The notes beneath the pieces were generated by a model that was given only the letters and a program-made list of their open reading frames with translations, was not told where the DNA came from and ran no database searches. Shown piece after piece: positions 10,445-21,399 of a DNA stretch of 64,000 bases. Origin of the DNA: an uncultured Gemmatimonadaceae bacterium (GTDB lineage: Bacteria; Gemmatimonadota; Gemmatimonadetes; Gemmatimonadales; Gemmatimonadaceae); NCBI GenBank assembly GCA_963790305.1, contig CAWBOC010000006.1, forward strand, positions 288,001-352,000, written 5' to 3'. Each line of letters begins with the position of its first letter. Position 1 is the first letter of the stretch. The position numbers and the translations under genes are program-made.

Positions 10445-11332
10445 TCAGGCTGCTAGATCCTTAAGTGCATCCCCCACATCCCCCTCACGCAAGCGTTTCA
10501 GCGCGCGGTCGCGCAGCTGACGAACGCGCTCACGCGTGACGCCGAGCATCTTGCCGATCTCGTCGAGCGTATGCTCGCGACCCGCTTCGAGGCCGAAATA
10601 CAACCGCAGGATCTTCGCGTCGCGGGCCGGAAGGGTGGACAGCGCGCGCGCGAGCTCCTGCGACCGGAACTGATTGAGCACCATCTCTTCCGTGTTCGGC
10701 ATTTCCTCGACGGAAAAGCGCTCGATGAGCGAGCGATCTCCATCAGCACCCAGCGGAGCGTCGAGGCGGATGTCGGCGGCGTTGAGGGAGAGCAATGCCG
10801 AAACGATCTCCTGCGAGATGCCCGTGAGCTGAGCCACTTCGTCAGGCGTAGGCTCGCGGCCCAGCTTGTCGCGCAGCAGCGCACCTGCGCGCATGACACG
10901 CGACAGATCGGCGGTGCGGTTGAGTGGCACGCGCACGGTGCGCCCCTGCCGCGCGAGCGACGACAGGATGGCCTGACGAATCCACCACACCGCGTACGAG
11001 ATGAACTTCACCCCCTGGTCGGGGTCGAACTTTCGGGCCGCGGTGAGCAGCCCGACGTTCCCCTCCCCGATCAGGTCGATGAGTGGCAGCCCGCGATTCT
11101 GATACTTCTTGGCAACGGAAACGACGAAGCGAAGGTTCCGCTTCACCAGCTCGTGCATGGCGTCCTGATCCCCTTTCCGGATGCGCCTCGCCAACTCCTT
11201 CTCTTCGGCGGCATTCAGCAGAGGGTACTTACTTGCCTCGGCAAAGTACTGGTCGAGGATGTCGCGGTCGGCCTCGCCCGGACCAATCTCAACCGGAGCG
11301 GTGCGGCGGCGACGACGTTTTGCTTCAGCCAT
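10445..11332 (-). CDS. RNA polymerase sigma-70 factor, RpoD/RpoS-like (regions 1.2-4, no region 1.1)
   Basis: NLRFVVSVAKKY, DLIGEGNVGLL, KFISYAVWWIRQAI, TLDEIG...VTRERVRQL. GGAGG RBS. Confidence 0.93.
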   Translation of the reverse strand: MAEAKRRRRRTAPVEIGPGEADRDILDQYFAEASKYPLLNAAEEKELARRIRKGDQDAMHELVKRNLRFVVSVAKKYQNRGLPLIDLIGEGNVGLLTAARKFDPDQGVKFISYAVWWIRQAILSSLARQGRTVRVPLNRTADLSRVMRAGALLRDKLGREPTPDEVAQLTGISQEIVSALLSLNAADIRLDAPLGADGDRSLIERFSVEEMPNTEEMVLNQFRSQELARALSTLPARDAKILRLYFGLEAGREHTLDEIGKMLGVTRERVRQLRDRALKRLREGDVGDALKDLAA

Positions 11333-11416
11333 GATATTGAGCCTCCCGGGTTGCGCCTCATCCCCCGCAACAAGCGAACCGCGGCGCCGAGCAACCGACG
11401 GCCGGTTAACCGCTTC

Positions 11417-11611
11417 CTATGGGCTCGAAGCGTCGTCCTTTCGGGTCTCGGTCGCGGGTGGCCGCCGGCGGACGAAGCGCAGTAGAAACGCGACCAGGAG
11501 GACGACAATACCCGCGATGCGGAAATACGAATCGTCGGTGCGATAGCCCCACGTCCACAAGATCAATCCGATTACGAACAGCGCGAGCTTGAGGCGAACC
11601 GTTGGATTCAT
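11417..11611 (-). CDS. Small two-TM membrane protein, 64 aa
   Basis: Two hydrophobic segments. The ATG overlaps the stop of the upstream hydratase. Confidence 0.65.
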   Translation of the reverse strand: MNPTVRLKLALFVIGLILWTWGYRTDDSYFRIAGIVVLLVAFLLRFVRRRPPATETRKDDASSP

Positions 11612-12378
11612 GACCCACCGCGCTTTCGCTGAAGGAAGCGCTGAACGCCCTCGCGGAACTCATCCGTCATGCGGGCGTCCGCATTTGCCTGCGCGCCATG
11701 TGCGATGCCGCTTTCGAAAGGCCTGCCCTCGAGCTCGTAGAAGAGTTTTTTCGTTCGCCGCACCGCCTCTGGCGGCGACTTGGCGATGCTCTGACAGATC
11801 TCGTCGACTCGCGCTCCGAACGTGTCGCCCGGAAGCACACGGCTGACGAGGCCGAGCTTCTCCGCTTCGCTGGCCGACACCGACCGGCCGGTGATGGAGA
11901 GATCGAACGCCTGACGTTCGCGCACGATGCGCCGCAGAATCGTCATCACCATTGCCGGCACGAATCCGATTCGCACCTCAGGGTACGCGAAGGTTGCGTC
12001 GGGGTGCGCCAGCACGAGGTCGCACGCGGTCGCGAGTCCGGCGCCGCCGGCGAGCGCGCGTCCGCGAACGGCAGCCACCACAGGAATCGGGAGCTGCCGA
12101 ATGGAGGTGAAGACGCGACCGAGCGCGCGCGCATCATCCAGTTGTGCCTCACGATCAGCGCCGATGAGCGACTCGAGGGCATCGAGATCGGCACCGGCGC
12201 AGAAGTCCTCACCATCTGCGTCAATCACGACCACGCGCGTCTGGGGCTGGGAGGCGAGTGATTCGAGAGCCTGAACGATCTCGTCGGCCATTTGCCGATC
12301 GAGAGCGTTCTTTTTCTCAGGTCGCGCCAGGGTGATGCGGCCCACGCCTTCGGAGCGCGATACCCGAACACGAGTCAC
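11608..12378 (-). CDS. Enoyl-CoA hydratase/isomerase (methylglutaconyl-CoA hydratase-like)
   Basis: ITLARPEKKNAL, FCAGADL, GRALAGGAGLATACD, FAYPEVRIGFVPA. GTG start overlaps the upstream stop. Confidence 0.88.
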   Translation of the reverse strand: MTRVRVSRSEGVGRITLARPEKKNALDRQMADEIVQALESLASQPQTRVVVIDADGEDFCAGADLDALESLIGADREAQLDDARALGRVFTSIRQLPIPVVAAVRGRALAGGAGLATACDLVLAHPDATFAYPEVRIGFVPAMVMTILRRIVRERQAFDLSITGRSVSASEAEKLGLVSRVLPGDTFGARVDEICQSIAKSPPEAVRRTKKLFYELEGRPFESGIAHGAQANADARMTDEFREGVQRFLQRKRGGS

Positions 12379-12731
12379 CGGCCGCTCCGCGGCAGACCGA
12401 GTCGTCGGACTTCCTCGTCGGGCACGTCGAGCACCATGCGAAGCAATGCGGTGCTGAACACCTTGCCCTGCGCATCGGTCTTGAGCGAGAGCGTACCGCC
12501 TCCGCCGAGAGCGCCGTGAAGCAGGAAATTGAGCGCATCGAGATTCGGAAGCTCGAAGCGCTCCACGCGGCCGGTGATCATGCCTCGAAAGTGCGTCGCG
12601 ACGCGCTCCGTCGTGAGCTCCCGCTCCAGAATCGGATACCACTCGCTACGCATTGCGATCACCCCGACGTTGGCGGTGTCGCCTTTGTCGCCGGAGCGGG
12701 CGTGCGCGATGTCGACGAGCTGGACCTTCAT
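12375..12731 (-). CDS. AtuA-related small protein (AtuA C-terminal-like domain)
   Basis: [26 protein letters not shown]...[13 protein letters not shown]...TDAQGK. Confidence 0.8.
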   Translation of the reverse strand: MKVQLVDIAHARSGDKGDTANVGVIAMRSEWYPILERELTTERVATHFRGMITGRVERFELPNLDALNFLLHGALGGGGTLSLKTDAQGKVFSTALLRMVLDVPDEEVRRLGLPRSGR

Positions 12732-14093
12732 GGCGAAAACATCTCGACGTGCGTGCTGATCTCCCGCTTGTCGACCAAGGCCGGCCAATATGCAACGACC
12801 TCCTCAGTCTTCGGCCGCCCGCCGGCGAATCCGGTCACGCTTGGAGGGCCGTTGAGCACGAGCGGGGCGATCTCACGCGTGAACCGCTCGACGGTCGCAC
12901 GGTCGGAGGATCGCACGCCGACGCGAAGCTGCACCTCCGGTGCATCGCGGCCGTCTCCGGCGAGCGCACCGTGTGTCGCATTGGCACCGAGGAACTCAGT
13001 ATGGATTTCGTCGAAGCGGAGGCCCAGGCGATCCAGACGCTGACGAAGTACGCGATCGGCGACGCGAGCCTTGTCGATGGCGTCGGGCCAGACATAGACG
13101 AGAGTTCCTACGGCCTTGAACCCGGCGCGATAGGCGATCGACACTTTGAGCTTGTCGGTCGGGGCCTTACCCGAGATCCCGAACACCCTCACACGATCTG
13201 GCCCCACGTCCTCGACCTTGATGCTGGTGAAGTCCGCGATCACGTCGGGAGTGATGTACTCGTGCGGATTCCCCATTCTCGTACACGAGCTGCTCGATCA
13301 CGGTGTGCCGTGAGATACGGCCACCGGTGCCGGGGTGCTTGGTGATGTAGAACGTGCCATCGGCCTGTGCCTCGACGATCGGATATCCGACGTCCGCGAG
13401 ATCGGGAATGTTCCGCCAATCGAACAGACAGTTTCCCCCCGAGCATTGCGCACCACATTCGATGATGTGGCCGGCGATGATCCCTGCCGCCAGCCGATTC
13501 CAATCGTCGCGCTTCCAGCCGAATTCGTGCAGGAGCGGCGCCATGGTCAGCGCGGTATCGGTGGAGCGGCCCGTGATCACGACGTTGGCCTCCTGACGCA
13601 GCGCCTCCACGATGGGCCCCGCTCCGATGTACGCGTTCGCCGACAGCACGCGATCGCGAATGGTCGTGAGCGGCGCGCCCGTGTCCATGTTCGCGAGCGT
13701 CTGCCCCTTGGCGAGCAACTCATCGAGTCGAGGGAGCACATCGTCGCCGGTCACCACGCCAATGCGAATCCGGTCCGCCACGCCGTGCTTTCGAGCGGCC
13801 TCGTGAACCGCGGCGGCACTGGCGGGCGGGTTCACTCCACCGGCATTCGCGATCACCCGCACTCCACGTTCGGCAACCGCGGGAAAGACGCTTTCCATCG
13901 CGCCGACGAAGTCGCGCGCGTATCCCATCGACGGGTCGCGCTCCTTCTGCTTCTGAAGGATCGACATCGTGACTTCGGCGAGGTAGTCGAGCATGAGGTA
14001 GTCGATCGGACCACCCTCTACCTGACGGCGCGGCGCCTCGAGCCAATCCCCCCAAAACCCTTGCCCTGCCGCAACGCGCACGATTCGACTCAT
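12728..14093 (-). CDS. Acyclic terpene utilization AtuA family protein (DUF1446), one frameshift near 13277
   Basis: [58 protein letters not shown] continues as [12 protein letters not shown] after an extra A in GAGAATG. Confidence 0.88.
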
Positions 14094-15706
14094 TCGTACT
14101 CACCCAGGTGCGGCGGAAGGACAAAGGGGCCGAGGTGTGGGCCAGGATTCTGGAGCCCGGCGCGCAACGCGAGCGATAGCGTGTGGCGCGTGTCTTCCGG
14201 GTAGATGATCGCATCGACGTAGCCTCGTGCCGCCGCGAATCGGGCGTCGAGCTGGTGCTCGTAGTCGGCCCGCATCTCCTCGACCGCGCTCTCGAGCTCA
14301 GGTGGCGCTTGTCCCTTTTTCTTGGCCTTTTCCAGCGCCGGCCCGTGGACCGCCTGCACCGCCGACTCACCTTCCATCACGCCCATACGTCCGGTCGGCC
14401 AGCTGAAGATGAAGTCGGGATCGAACCCCTGACCAGCCATCGCGTAGTAGCCGGCGCCCGACGCGTGATTGACGGTGAGCACCAGCTTGGGGACGCGCGC
14501 CGTGGCCATGGCTTCGACGAACCGCGCCCCCGCACGGATGATCCCTTCGTGCTCAGCCTCGGTGCCTACCATGAAGCCCGAGACATCCTGTACGAAGAGC
14601 AGCGGAATCCGCTGTCGATCACAGCGATCGATGTAATACGCGACCTTCTCGGCGCTCTCCGCGTAAATGATTCCGCCGAAGCGCGGTCGCTCGCCGGACC
14701 GTCCCTTCACCAGTCCGCGCTGATTGGCAATGATGCCGATCGCGTGTCCATCGATACGCGCATCCGCACAGATCATCTCCTTCGCGAGCGACTCCTGGAA
14801 CTCGTCGAGCGTCCCGTCGTCGGCGATCGCACGCAGCACGGCGTGCATATCGTAAGACATGCGGTGATCGCCCGGCAGAAGATCGTAGAGAGCGGACAGC
14901 TCCGATTCGCGGACCGCGGACTGCGAGCTGCGAGCTGCGAGCTGCGAACCGCGCGGGAGCCGGTCGATGAGATCCCGGATCTTTGCGCAGCACGCGGCGT
15001 CGTCAGGCACCCTGTAGTGCGCGACGGCGCTGATCTCGGTGTGGGTGCGTGCACCCCCAAGCGACTCGCCGTCCACGACCTGTCCGGTGGCGCCCTTCAC
15101 CAGGTTGGGTCCGCCGAGTCCCATGAACGAGGTGTTCTCGACCATGAGGATGACGTCGGAGAGCGCAGGGAGGTAGGCGCCGCCGGCGATGCAGGGCCCC
15201 ATCACCGCCGCGATCTGCGGCACGTGCAGATAGCGCCGCATGATCGAGTTGTAGTAGAAAATTCGACTTGCGCCGTACTGGCCGGGAAAGACACCGCCCT
15301 GATACGGCAGGTTCACACCAGCGGAGTCCACCAGGTAGATGATCGGAATGCGGCAGCGCATGGCGATCTCCTGCGCGCGCAGAATCTTCCGAATCGTTTC
15401 GGGCCACCACGATCCCGCCTTGACGGTCGCGTCGTTGGCGACGATGACCACTTCGCGACCGCTCACGGTCCCCAGCATGATGACCACGCCCGCACCAGGC
15501 GCCTGCCCGTCGTACTGGTCGTAGGCGACGAGTAATCCGATCTCAACCGAATGGGCCCCCGGATCACACAGCGCCTCGATCCGCTCGCGCGCGGTGAGCT
15601 TCCCCTGCGAATGCTGCCGCTCGATCTTGTCAGCCCCACCGCCGAGCCGCAGCCGCCCCTCGAGCTCGCGCGTCTCCTCGCTCAGCGCACGAAGCCGTGA
15701 CCTCAC
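14090..15706 (-). CDS. Acyl-CoA carboxylase/decarboxylase carboxyltransferase (beta) subunit, methylcrotonyl/geranyl-CoA type
   Basis: [64 protein letters not shown]. Confidence 0.9.
   Translation of the reverse strand: MRSRLRALSEETRELEGRLRLGGGADKIERQHSQGKLTARERIEALCDPGAHSVEIGLLVAYDQYDGQAPGAGVVIMLGTVSGREVVIVANDATVKAGSWWPETIRKILRAQEIAMRCRIPIIYLVDSAGVNLPYQGGVFPGQYGASRIFYYNSIMRRYLHVPQIAAVMGPCIAGGAYLPALSDVILMVENTSFMGLGGPNLVKGATGQVVDGESLGGARTHTEISAVAHYRVPDDAACCAKIRDLIDRLPRGSQLAARSSQSAVRESELSALYDLLPGDHRMSYDMHAVLRAIADDGTLDEFQESLAKEMICADARIDGHAIGIIANQRGLVKGRSGERPRFGGIIYAESAEKVAYYIDRCDRQRIPLLFVQDVSGFMVGTEAEHEGIIRAGARFVEAMATARVPKLVLTVNHASGAGYYAMAGQGFDPDFIFSWPTGRMGVMEGESAVQAVHGPALEKAKKKGQAPPELESAVEEMRADYEHQLDARFAAARGYVDAIIYPEDTRHTLSLALRAGLQNPGPHLGPFVLPPHLGEYE
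14907..14955. repeat. Intragenic heptamer tandem repeat (CTGCGAG-type)
   Basis: tcgcgga ccgcgga ctgcgag ctgcgag ctgcgag ctgcgaa ccgcgcg, which encodes the linker [16 protein letters not shown]. Confidence 0.8.
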
Positions 15707-16131
15707 GCGCGCGTGGGCCCCGAGGAGGCTCCTTCCTTCGACGCGAACCACTCCTTGATGTAGTCGATCAAATCGGTGGTCGGTGTGCCAGGGCCGAAGA
15801 GCTTTCCCACGCCCCGTCGCTGCAGCTCCTCGATGTCCTCGCGCGGAATGATGCCTCCGCCAGTGAGCAGCACGTCCTCGCGCCCCATTTCCTCGAGGAG
15901 CTCGCGCACGCGGGGAAAGAGCGTCATGTGTGCGCCACTCAGAATCGACAGGCCAACGACATCGACATCCTCCTGCACCGCCGCCGTGGCGATCATCTCG
16001 GGCGTCTGATGCAGGCCGGTGTAGATGACCTCCATGCCCGCGTCTCGCAGCGCGGCCGCAACGACCTTCGCGCCCCGGTCGTGGCCGTCGAGGCCGGGTT
16101 TGGCGATGAGCACGCGGATCGGTCGATGCAT
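15703..16131 (-). CDS. Cobalamin-binding small subunit of an acyl-CoA mutase
   Basis: [20 protein letters not shown] (DxHxxG), [17 protein letters not shown]. Confidence 0.93.
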   Translation of the reverse strand: MHRPIRVLIAKPGLDGHDRGAKVVAAALRDAGMEVIYTGLHQTPEMIATAAVQEDVDVVGLSILSGAHMTLFPRVRELLEEMGREDVLLTGGGIIPREDIEELQRRGVGKLFGPGTPTTDLIDYIKEWFASKEGASSGPTRA

Positions 16132-16229
16132 GAAGAAGCCGTCAGAGTTCGAGGACGTGCGCGCGAGGTGGCGCACGCCGCCAAGAAGTTAGCGGCAGTC
16201 TCAGGAGGGCGGCAACCACACTGGCGGAG

Positions 16230-17018
16230 TTAGCCGTCCTTGCGTGCGACGAGGAGCATCTCCGAGGAACGCCGCGACAGGGGTCGATCACGCCACCCGT
16301 CGTATGCCTCGGCAACGATCAGTCCGGCATCTCGACATAGCTCGGCCAGTCGCGTCGCGGTGTAGAGCCGAATGCGGTGCTCGCGCTCCCCGGAGTCTTT
16401 CGGGCCGCGCCACGTCGATCGCACGGTCATCACGCCCGAGAGCGGGTCGAAGGAGCGCTCGTGACCGATCACCGTTCCGTTGCGGGTGGTCCACCAGTCC
16501 CGCTCGAGAAACCTGGCCATGATTCCATCGCGGCTGCCACCATGCCACACCAGCACGCCGTTCGGACGGAGCACGCGCGCGAACTCGCCGATGACGCGCG
16601 CGTCGTCGGCAGGATCGAGAAAGAATCCAAAGGATGTGAAGAGATTGATCACGGCGTCGAAGCGTCCCGTCCAGGCCACGGCCAATTGACGCATGTCCGC
16701 ACGCGTGTACTTCAGACCTGGACCAGTCCCCCGCTCGGTCGCCAGCGCGAGCAGGTCGCGCGAGAGGTCCACCCCGTGCACGTCATATCCGGCTTCCGCC
16801 AGCAGGTGCGCGTGTCGGCCCTGACCGCAGGGCACATCGAGGATTCGCGCGCCCAGCGGTAACCCCAAGACCTCAATGAGTCGCGCGATCTCGCGTCGGT
16901 CCTTCTCGAGCGAAAAGAGAGGCTCGTACTCGAGGAGGTACTGCTGATCGAAGTACGTCGCCCACCACGCCAGCCTGTCTTTCTCCGCGCTCTGACGTCC
17001 TTGCCGTTTACGAATCAG
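16230..17018 (-). CDS. Class I SAM-dependent methyltransferase
   Basis: [43 protein letters not shown]. No clear ATG, so the start is uncertain. Confidence 0.82.
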   Translation of the reverse strand: MIRKRQGRQSAEKDRLAWWATYFDQQYLLEYEPLFSLEKDRREIARLIEVLGLPLGARILDVPCGQGRHAHLLAEAGYDVHGVDLSRDLLALATERGTGPGLKYTRADMRQLAVAWTGRFDAVINLFTSFGFFLDPADDARVIGEFARVLRPNGVLVWHGGSRDGIMARFLERDWWTTRNGTVIGHERSFDPLSGVMTVRSTWRGPKDSGEREHRIRLYTATRLAELCRDAGLIVAEAYDGWRDRPLSRRSSEMLLVARKDG

Positions 17019-18709
17019 AAGAACACCGGTTCCCTGTAGGCGCCGAAGACATCCTCCATCGCCCGCCGAATCTCGTACAGGGTGCAGTAGCACCGCGCGC
17101 AATCGAGGATGTATGGCATGAGGTTCTCGGTTCCCCGGGCGGCGGTGCGGAGCGCGTCGAGCCGGCGCGCCACGAGATCGTTGTCACGCGCGGCTCGCAT
17201 CCGCTGCATGCGCGCACGCTGCTCGCGATCGGCCTCTTCGCCGACGCGCAGCAACGGAATCGTAAGCTCCGATTCCTCGGTGACGAACTCGTTGACGCCG
17301 ACGATGATCCGGCGCCGCTGCTCGATCTCCCACTGCTGACGGGCGGCGGACTCAGCAATGCGCCGCTGGAGCCATCCGGTTTCGAGAGCGCGAACGACAC
17401 CCCCGGCGCGCTCGATCTCCTCGAATAGCGTCTCAGCCTCCCGCTCCATCTGATCGGTCAGCGATTCGACGTAGTACGAGCCGCCGAGGGGGTCGAGCAC
17501 GTTGGGAATCCCCGTCTCGTAGCCGAGCACCTGCTGGGTTCGAAGCGCGACCTGAACCGCGCTTTCGGTCGGCAGCGCGAGCGTCTCGTCCATTGAGTTG
17601 GTGTGCAGCGACTGCGTTCCGCCAAGGACCGCCGCCAGCGCCTGATACGCGACGCGAACGACGTTGTTCATCGGCTGCTGCGCGGTGAGCGTGACACCCG
17701 CGGTCTGTGAGTGAAACCGCATGATCCACGAGCGCGGACTCGTCGCGCCGTACCGATCCTTCATGTGGCGCGCCCAGATGCGGCGCGCCGCGCGAAGCTT
17801 GGCGATCTCCTCGAAGAAGTCGTTATGAATGTCCCAGAAGAACGAGAGGCGCGGGGCGAACTCATCGACGTCGAGACCGCGAGCGATGCCCCGCTCGACG
17901 TACGTGAACCCATCGGCGAGCGTGAAGGCAAGCTCCTGCACGGCGGTCGACCCCGCCTCGCGGATGTGGTAGCCGGAGATCGAGATCGTGTTCCAGAGTG
18001 GCGCGTGCTCCGCGCCCCAATCGAAGCAGTCGACGATGAGACGCAACGCGGGCTCAATGGGAAAGCACCAGGCGTGCTGCGCCATGTACTCTTTGAGAAT
18101 GTCGTTCTGAATCGTTCCGCGGAGGGCGGTCGATGGGACGCCCTGCTTCTCCGCGGCGGCGATGTAGAACGCCCAGAGAATGATCGCCGGTCCATTGATG
18201 GTCATCGACGTCGAGACCTTGTCGAGGGGAATGCCCTCGAAGAGCGTCTCCATGTCGGCCAGGCTCGAGATCGCGACGCCGCACTTGCCGACTTCACCTT
18301 CCGACCGGGGATGGTCGGAGTCGTACCCCATCAAGGTCGGGAAATCGAAGGCGACCGAGAGCCCGGTCTGTCCGTGCTCGAGCAGGAACTTGTAGCGGGC
18401 GTTCGTCTCCGTGGCCGTGCCGAAGCCGGCGAACTGCCGCATCGTCCACAGCTTGCCGCGATAGCCGGTGGGGTGGATCCCGCGCGTGAACGGGAACTCG
18501 CCGGGAACGCCGACTGTGGTGGGATCCTGCGCCAAGGTATCGAGCGCGGTATACAACGGCGCCACTTCGTGCGTGGAGTTCATGAACCCAATGTCGCGCT
18601 TGTCGCCGCGCGCGTATCGCTCGCGCCACGCCTCGACCTGCTTGCGCAGCTGCTCGATCTCCTCGCGCTGCTCGCGCACCGTCTCCGAAAGATCACGCAG
18701 ACTGGTCAT
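17015..18709 (-). CDS. B12-dependent acyl-CoA mutase large subunit (isobutyryl-CoA mutase-type signature)
   Basis: [72 protein letters not shown]. Confidence 0.92.
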   Translation of the reverse strand: MTSLRDLSETVREQREEIEQLRKQVEAWRERYARGDKRDIGFMNSTHEVAPLYTALDTLAQDPTTVGVPGEFPFTRGIHPTGYRGKLWTMRQFAGFGTATETNARYKFLLEHGQTGLSVAFDFPTLMGYDSDHPRSEGEVGKCGVAISSLADMETLFEGIPLDKVSTSMTINGPAIILWAFYIAAAEKQGVPSTALRGTIQNDILKEYMAQHAWCFPIEPALRLIVDCFDWGAEHAPLWNTISISGYHIREAGSTAVQELAFTLADGFTYVERGIARGLDVDEFAPRLSFFWDIHNDFFEEIAKLRAARRIWARHMKDRYGATSPRSWIMRFHSQTAGVTLTAQQPMNNVVRVAYQALAAVLGGTQSLHTNSMDETLALPTESAVQVALRTQQVLGYETGIPNVLDPLGGSYYVESLTDQMEREAETLFEEIERAGGVVRALETGWLQRRIAESAARQQWEIEQRRRIIVGVNEFVTEESELTIPLLRVGEEADREQRARMQRMRAARDNDLVARRLDALRTAARGTENLMPYILDCARCYCTLYEIRRAMEDVFGAYREPVFF

Positions 18710-19770
18710 GTCCGTCCTCGCGTCAACAGGTCGCCACTTCGTTTCAACAGCGCATCCGCCGCCGCGAACGGCGTGAGGGCGCCACTCTCCAGCTCGGGAA
18801 GCTTCTCCTCGATCCATGCATTGGTCGCGTCGTCGCGCCAGAGCCGGGCTCGCACACGGTCTTCCACGACCTCTACCACTCTCTCCCGAAGACGTTGGCG
18901 ACGCCGCGCGCGCAACGCACCACTGCGTTCAAGATAAGCGAAATGCCGGTCAATCGCCCCGATGAGATCGTGAATCCCCTCGCCCTTCGTCCCCACCGTC
19001 GACAGCACGGGGGGTGTCCAATGGTCGGCCTCGGTCTCCGCCGCCTTACGCGCCATGCGTGCCGGGTTGGCGCTTCGCATTTCAACGCCGTGGTGCGCCG
19101 GAATGCTTCGGAATGCATGTCCCATGCGCAGCCCAAGCATGAGCTCCACTTCGTGCTTGAGTCGGTCCGCACCCGGCCGATCGGCCTTGTTGATGACGAA
19201 GACGTCGGCGATCTCCATCAGCCCCGCCTTGAGGGTCTGGATGGAATCACCCGACTCGGGGACGAGCGCGACCACGCTGGTATCGGCCATGCGCGCAATG
19301 TCGAGCTCGCTCTGTCCCACGCCGACCGTCTCGATGATTATGCGATCAAACCCGAATCCATCGAGGACATCGGCAACTTCACGGGTCGTGGCAGCCAGGC
19401 CACCAAGGGAGCCCCGCGTGGCCATCGATCGGATGAAGACACCCGGGTCGAGCGCAACGCTCTCCATGCGAATGCGGTCGCCGAGGAGGGCGCCTCCCGT
19501 GAATGGCGACGTCGGATCTACGGCGACGACGCCCACCGTGAGGCCGGCTGCTCGATAGGCAGCGGTGAGCCCCGTCGACAAGGTGCTCTTCCCCGCGCCA
19601 GGCGGTCCAGTGAGGCCGATGCGTCGCGAGCGACCCAGGCGGGGGTGCAGGGCCGCCAGCAGCTCGTCGAAGCCAGCGCGATGATTCTCCACGATGCTCA
19701 CCGCGCGCGCGAGCGCTGCCGGCTGTCGGACCTCGAACGAGGCGAGCAGTTTGCGCACGGCCTCGCTCAT
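18706..19770 (-). CDS. meaB: Mutase-associated GTPase chaperone MeaB/ArgK
   Basis: [58 protein letters not shown]. Confidence 0.94.
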   Translation of the reverse strand: MSEAVRKLLASFEVRQPAALARAVSIVENHRAGFDELLAALHPRLGRSRRIGLTGPPGAGKSTLSTGLTAAYRAAGLTVGVVAVDPTSPFTGGALLGDRIRMESVALDPGVFIRSMATRGSLGGLAATTREVADVLDGFGFDRIIIETVGVGQSELDIARMADTSVVALVPESGDSIQTLKAGLMEIADVFVINKADRPGADRLKHEVELMLGLRMGHAFRSIPAHHGVEMRSANPARMARKAAETEADHWTPPVLSTVGTKGEGIHDLIGAIDRHFAYLERSGALRARRRQRLRERVVEVVEDRVRARLWRDDATNAWIEEKLPELESGALTPFAAADALLKRSGDLLTRGRT

Positions 19771-21398
19771 CGCCACCGGCGCACTCCGCGGAAGGGATTC
19801 GACAGGAGATGCGGAGGAAGGAAGAAGATCACGAGAAAGAAAAACAGGGACGCCGCGAGCGAAGCGCCGAGGATGAGCAGGTTGCGATGGACGATGAAGG
19901 TGACCGCCCCCACGAGTGCTACCACGCACGCGAACGCGGCCAACAGGACGCGGCGGGTTTGCCGCATGACGAACTGCTGCATCTCGATCACGTCGCGCGG
20001 GTGCGCGCGAACGCGAAGCTCGTCACGGCCGGCTCGACGCAGCACATCTCGCATCTCCCGAGCTGCCCCGGCGAGCTCGTTGACCCAGTTCTGCACCGCC
20101 TCGCGGCCATCGGCGCCGAATACCGTGCGCATCAGCACCGGCCGCAGCTTGCGCACGATAGGCGTCGCGAACTGCACGCCGTTGAACTCCGGGTCGTAAC
20201 GGAACCCAATGCCCTCCACCAGCGCCGCCGCACGCCCGAAATACACCAGCTCGCTCGGCAGCATGATCGGCCACCGGTAGAAGGTGTCGAGCACCTCGTT
20301 GACGATGCGCTGGATCTGCCGAGGCTTGGCGTCGGGAGTGAACGCGACCTTCATGATCGCTCGCGCAGCATCGCGCACCGTTCCGCGATCGACTTCGGGA
20401 TCCAGGAGTCCGAGCTCGTAGAATCCCGCGATCACGCCGTCGACATCCTGCCGCACTGCGGACATCACCGTGGCAATGAGCCGAGCCCGCGTTTCCTGCT
20501 CGACGCGAATCACCATGCCGAAGTCGAGCAGGACGAGGCGTCCTTCCGGATCGACCAGGAGATTGCCGGGATGCGGGTCGGCGTGAAAGACGCCATCGAC
20601 CAGCATCATCTGCACGTACACTTCGATGATCGTCTCGATCAGCGCATCGAGCGACACATTGCCGGCGACGATACGCTCCTGGAGCCGGTCGATCTTCGTC
20701 CCCTCCATGAACTCCAGCACGAGCACGCGGCGCCGTGTGTACGGCTCGATGATCTCCGGCACGCGCACCCGCGGATCAGCGGCGAAGTTCGCGCGGATCA
20801 TTCCCGCATTGCGCGCTTCCTCGCGGAAGTCCATCTCCTCCTCAATGCGCTTCGCGAATTCGCGAACGATCGTGGTGATCGCTCGGACGTGGTGGTTGGG
20901 AAAGAGGACGTTGACAAAGAAGAGGACCCGGAACGCCGCCTCGAGGTCGGTCGCCACGAGCTCCTCGACGCCGGGCCGCAGCACTTTCACGACCACATCC
21001 CGTTCATCGAGTCGCGCTCGGTGCACCTGCCCGAGCGAGGCGGCCGCCAGCGGTTCCGGCTCGAGCGCCGCGAAAATTTCCTGTGCGGGACGGCCATACT
21101 CTCGTTCAATGACGGCCTCGACCTCCTCGAGCGAAATGGGAGGCACCCGGTCGGTGAGCGCGCCAATCTCGGACAGGTAGGGTTCAGGCAGAATGTCGGC
21201 GCGGGAGGCGAACACCTGCGCGAGCTTGATGAACGTCGGGCCGAGCTCCGCGAGCGTCACCGTCAACCGCCTCGCACGCTTGCGGTGGACCTCGGCCGCG
21301 ACGCGCCGTGGCCGGCCGATTAGCAGAAAGCGCTTGCGATCGCGAAGGAAGGCGATGACGAACGGGAAGAGGCGCGTGAAGACGGCGAACGCACGCAC
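19767..21398 (-). CDS. ABC1/AarF/UbiB family atypical kinase
   Basis: LGPTFIKLAQ, AAASLGQVHRA, VVVKVLRP, FHADPHPGN, LLDFGM, two C-terminal TM segments. Confidence 0.92.
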   Translation of the reverse strand: MRAFAVFTRLFPFVIAFLRDRKRFLLIGRPRRVAAEVHRKRARRLTVTLAELGPTFIKLAQVFASRADILPEPYLSEIGALTDRVPPISLEEVEAVIEREYGRPAQEIFAALEPEPLAAASLGQVHRARLDERDVVVKVLRPGVEELVATDLEAAFRVLFFVNVLFPNHHVRAITTIVREFAKRIEEEMDFREEARNAGMIRANFAADPRVRVPEIIEPYTRRRVLVLEFMEGTKIDRLQERIVAGNVSLDALIETIIEVYVQMMLVDGVFHADPHPGNLLVDPEGRLVLLDFGMVIRVEQETRARLIATVMSAVRQDVDGVIAGFYELGLLDPEVDRGTVRDAARAIMKVAFTPDAKPRQIQRIVNEVLDTFYRWPIMLPSELVYFGRAAALVEGIGFRYDPEFNGVQFATPIVRKLRPVLMRTVFGADGREAVQNWVNELAGAAREMRDVLRRAGRDELRVRAHPRDVIEMQQFVMRQTRRVLLAAFACVVALVGAVTFIVHRNLLILGASLAASLFFFLVIFFLPPHLLSNPFRGVRRWR

Positions 21399-21399
21399 G

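Noticed and set aside
19809..21323. Long antisense ORFs (e.g. 504 aa here; also 14183-15535, 40469-41926, 50825-52369, 61697-63184)
   Set aside because: These are shadow frames opposite well-supported genes, expected in high-GC DNA, and carry no recognisable motifs.
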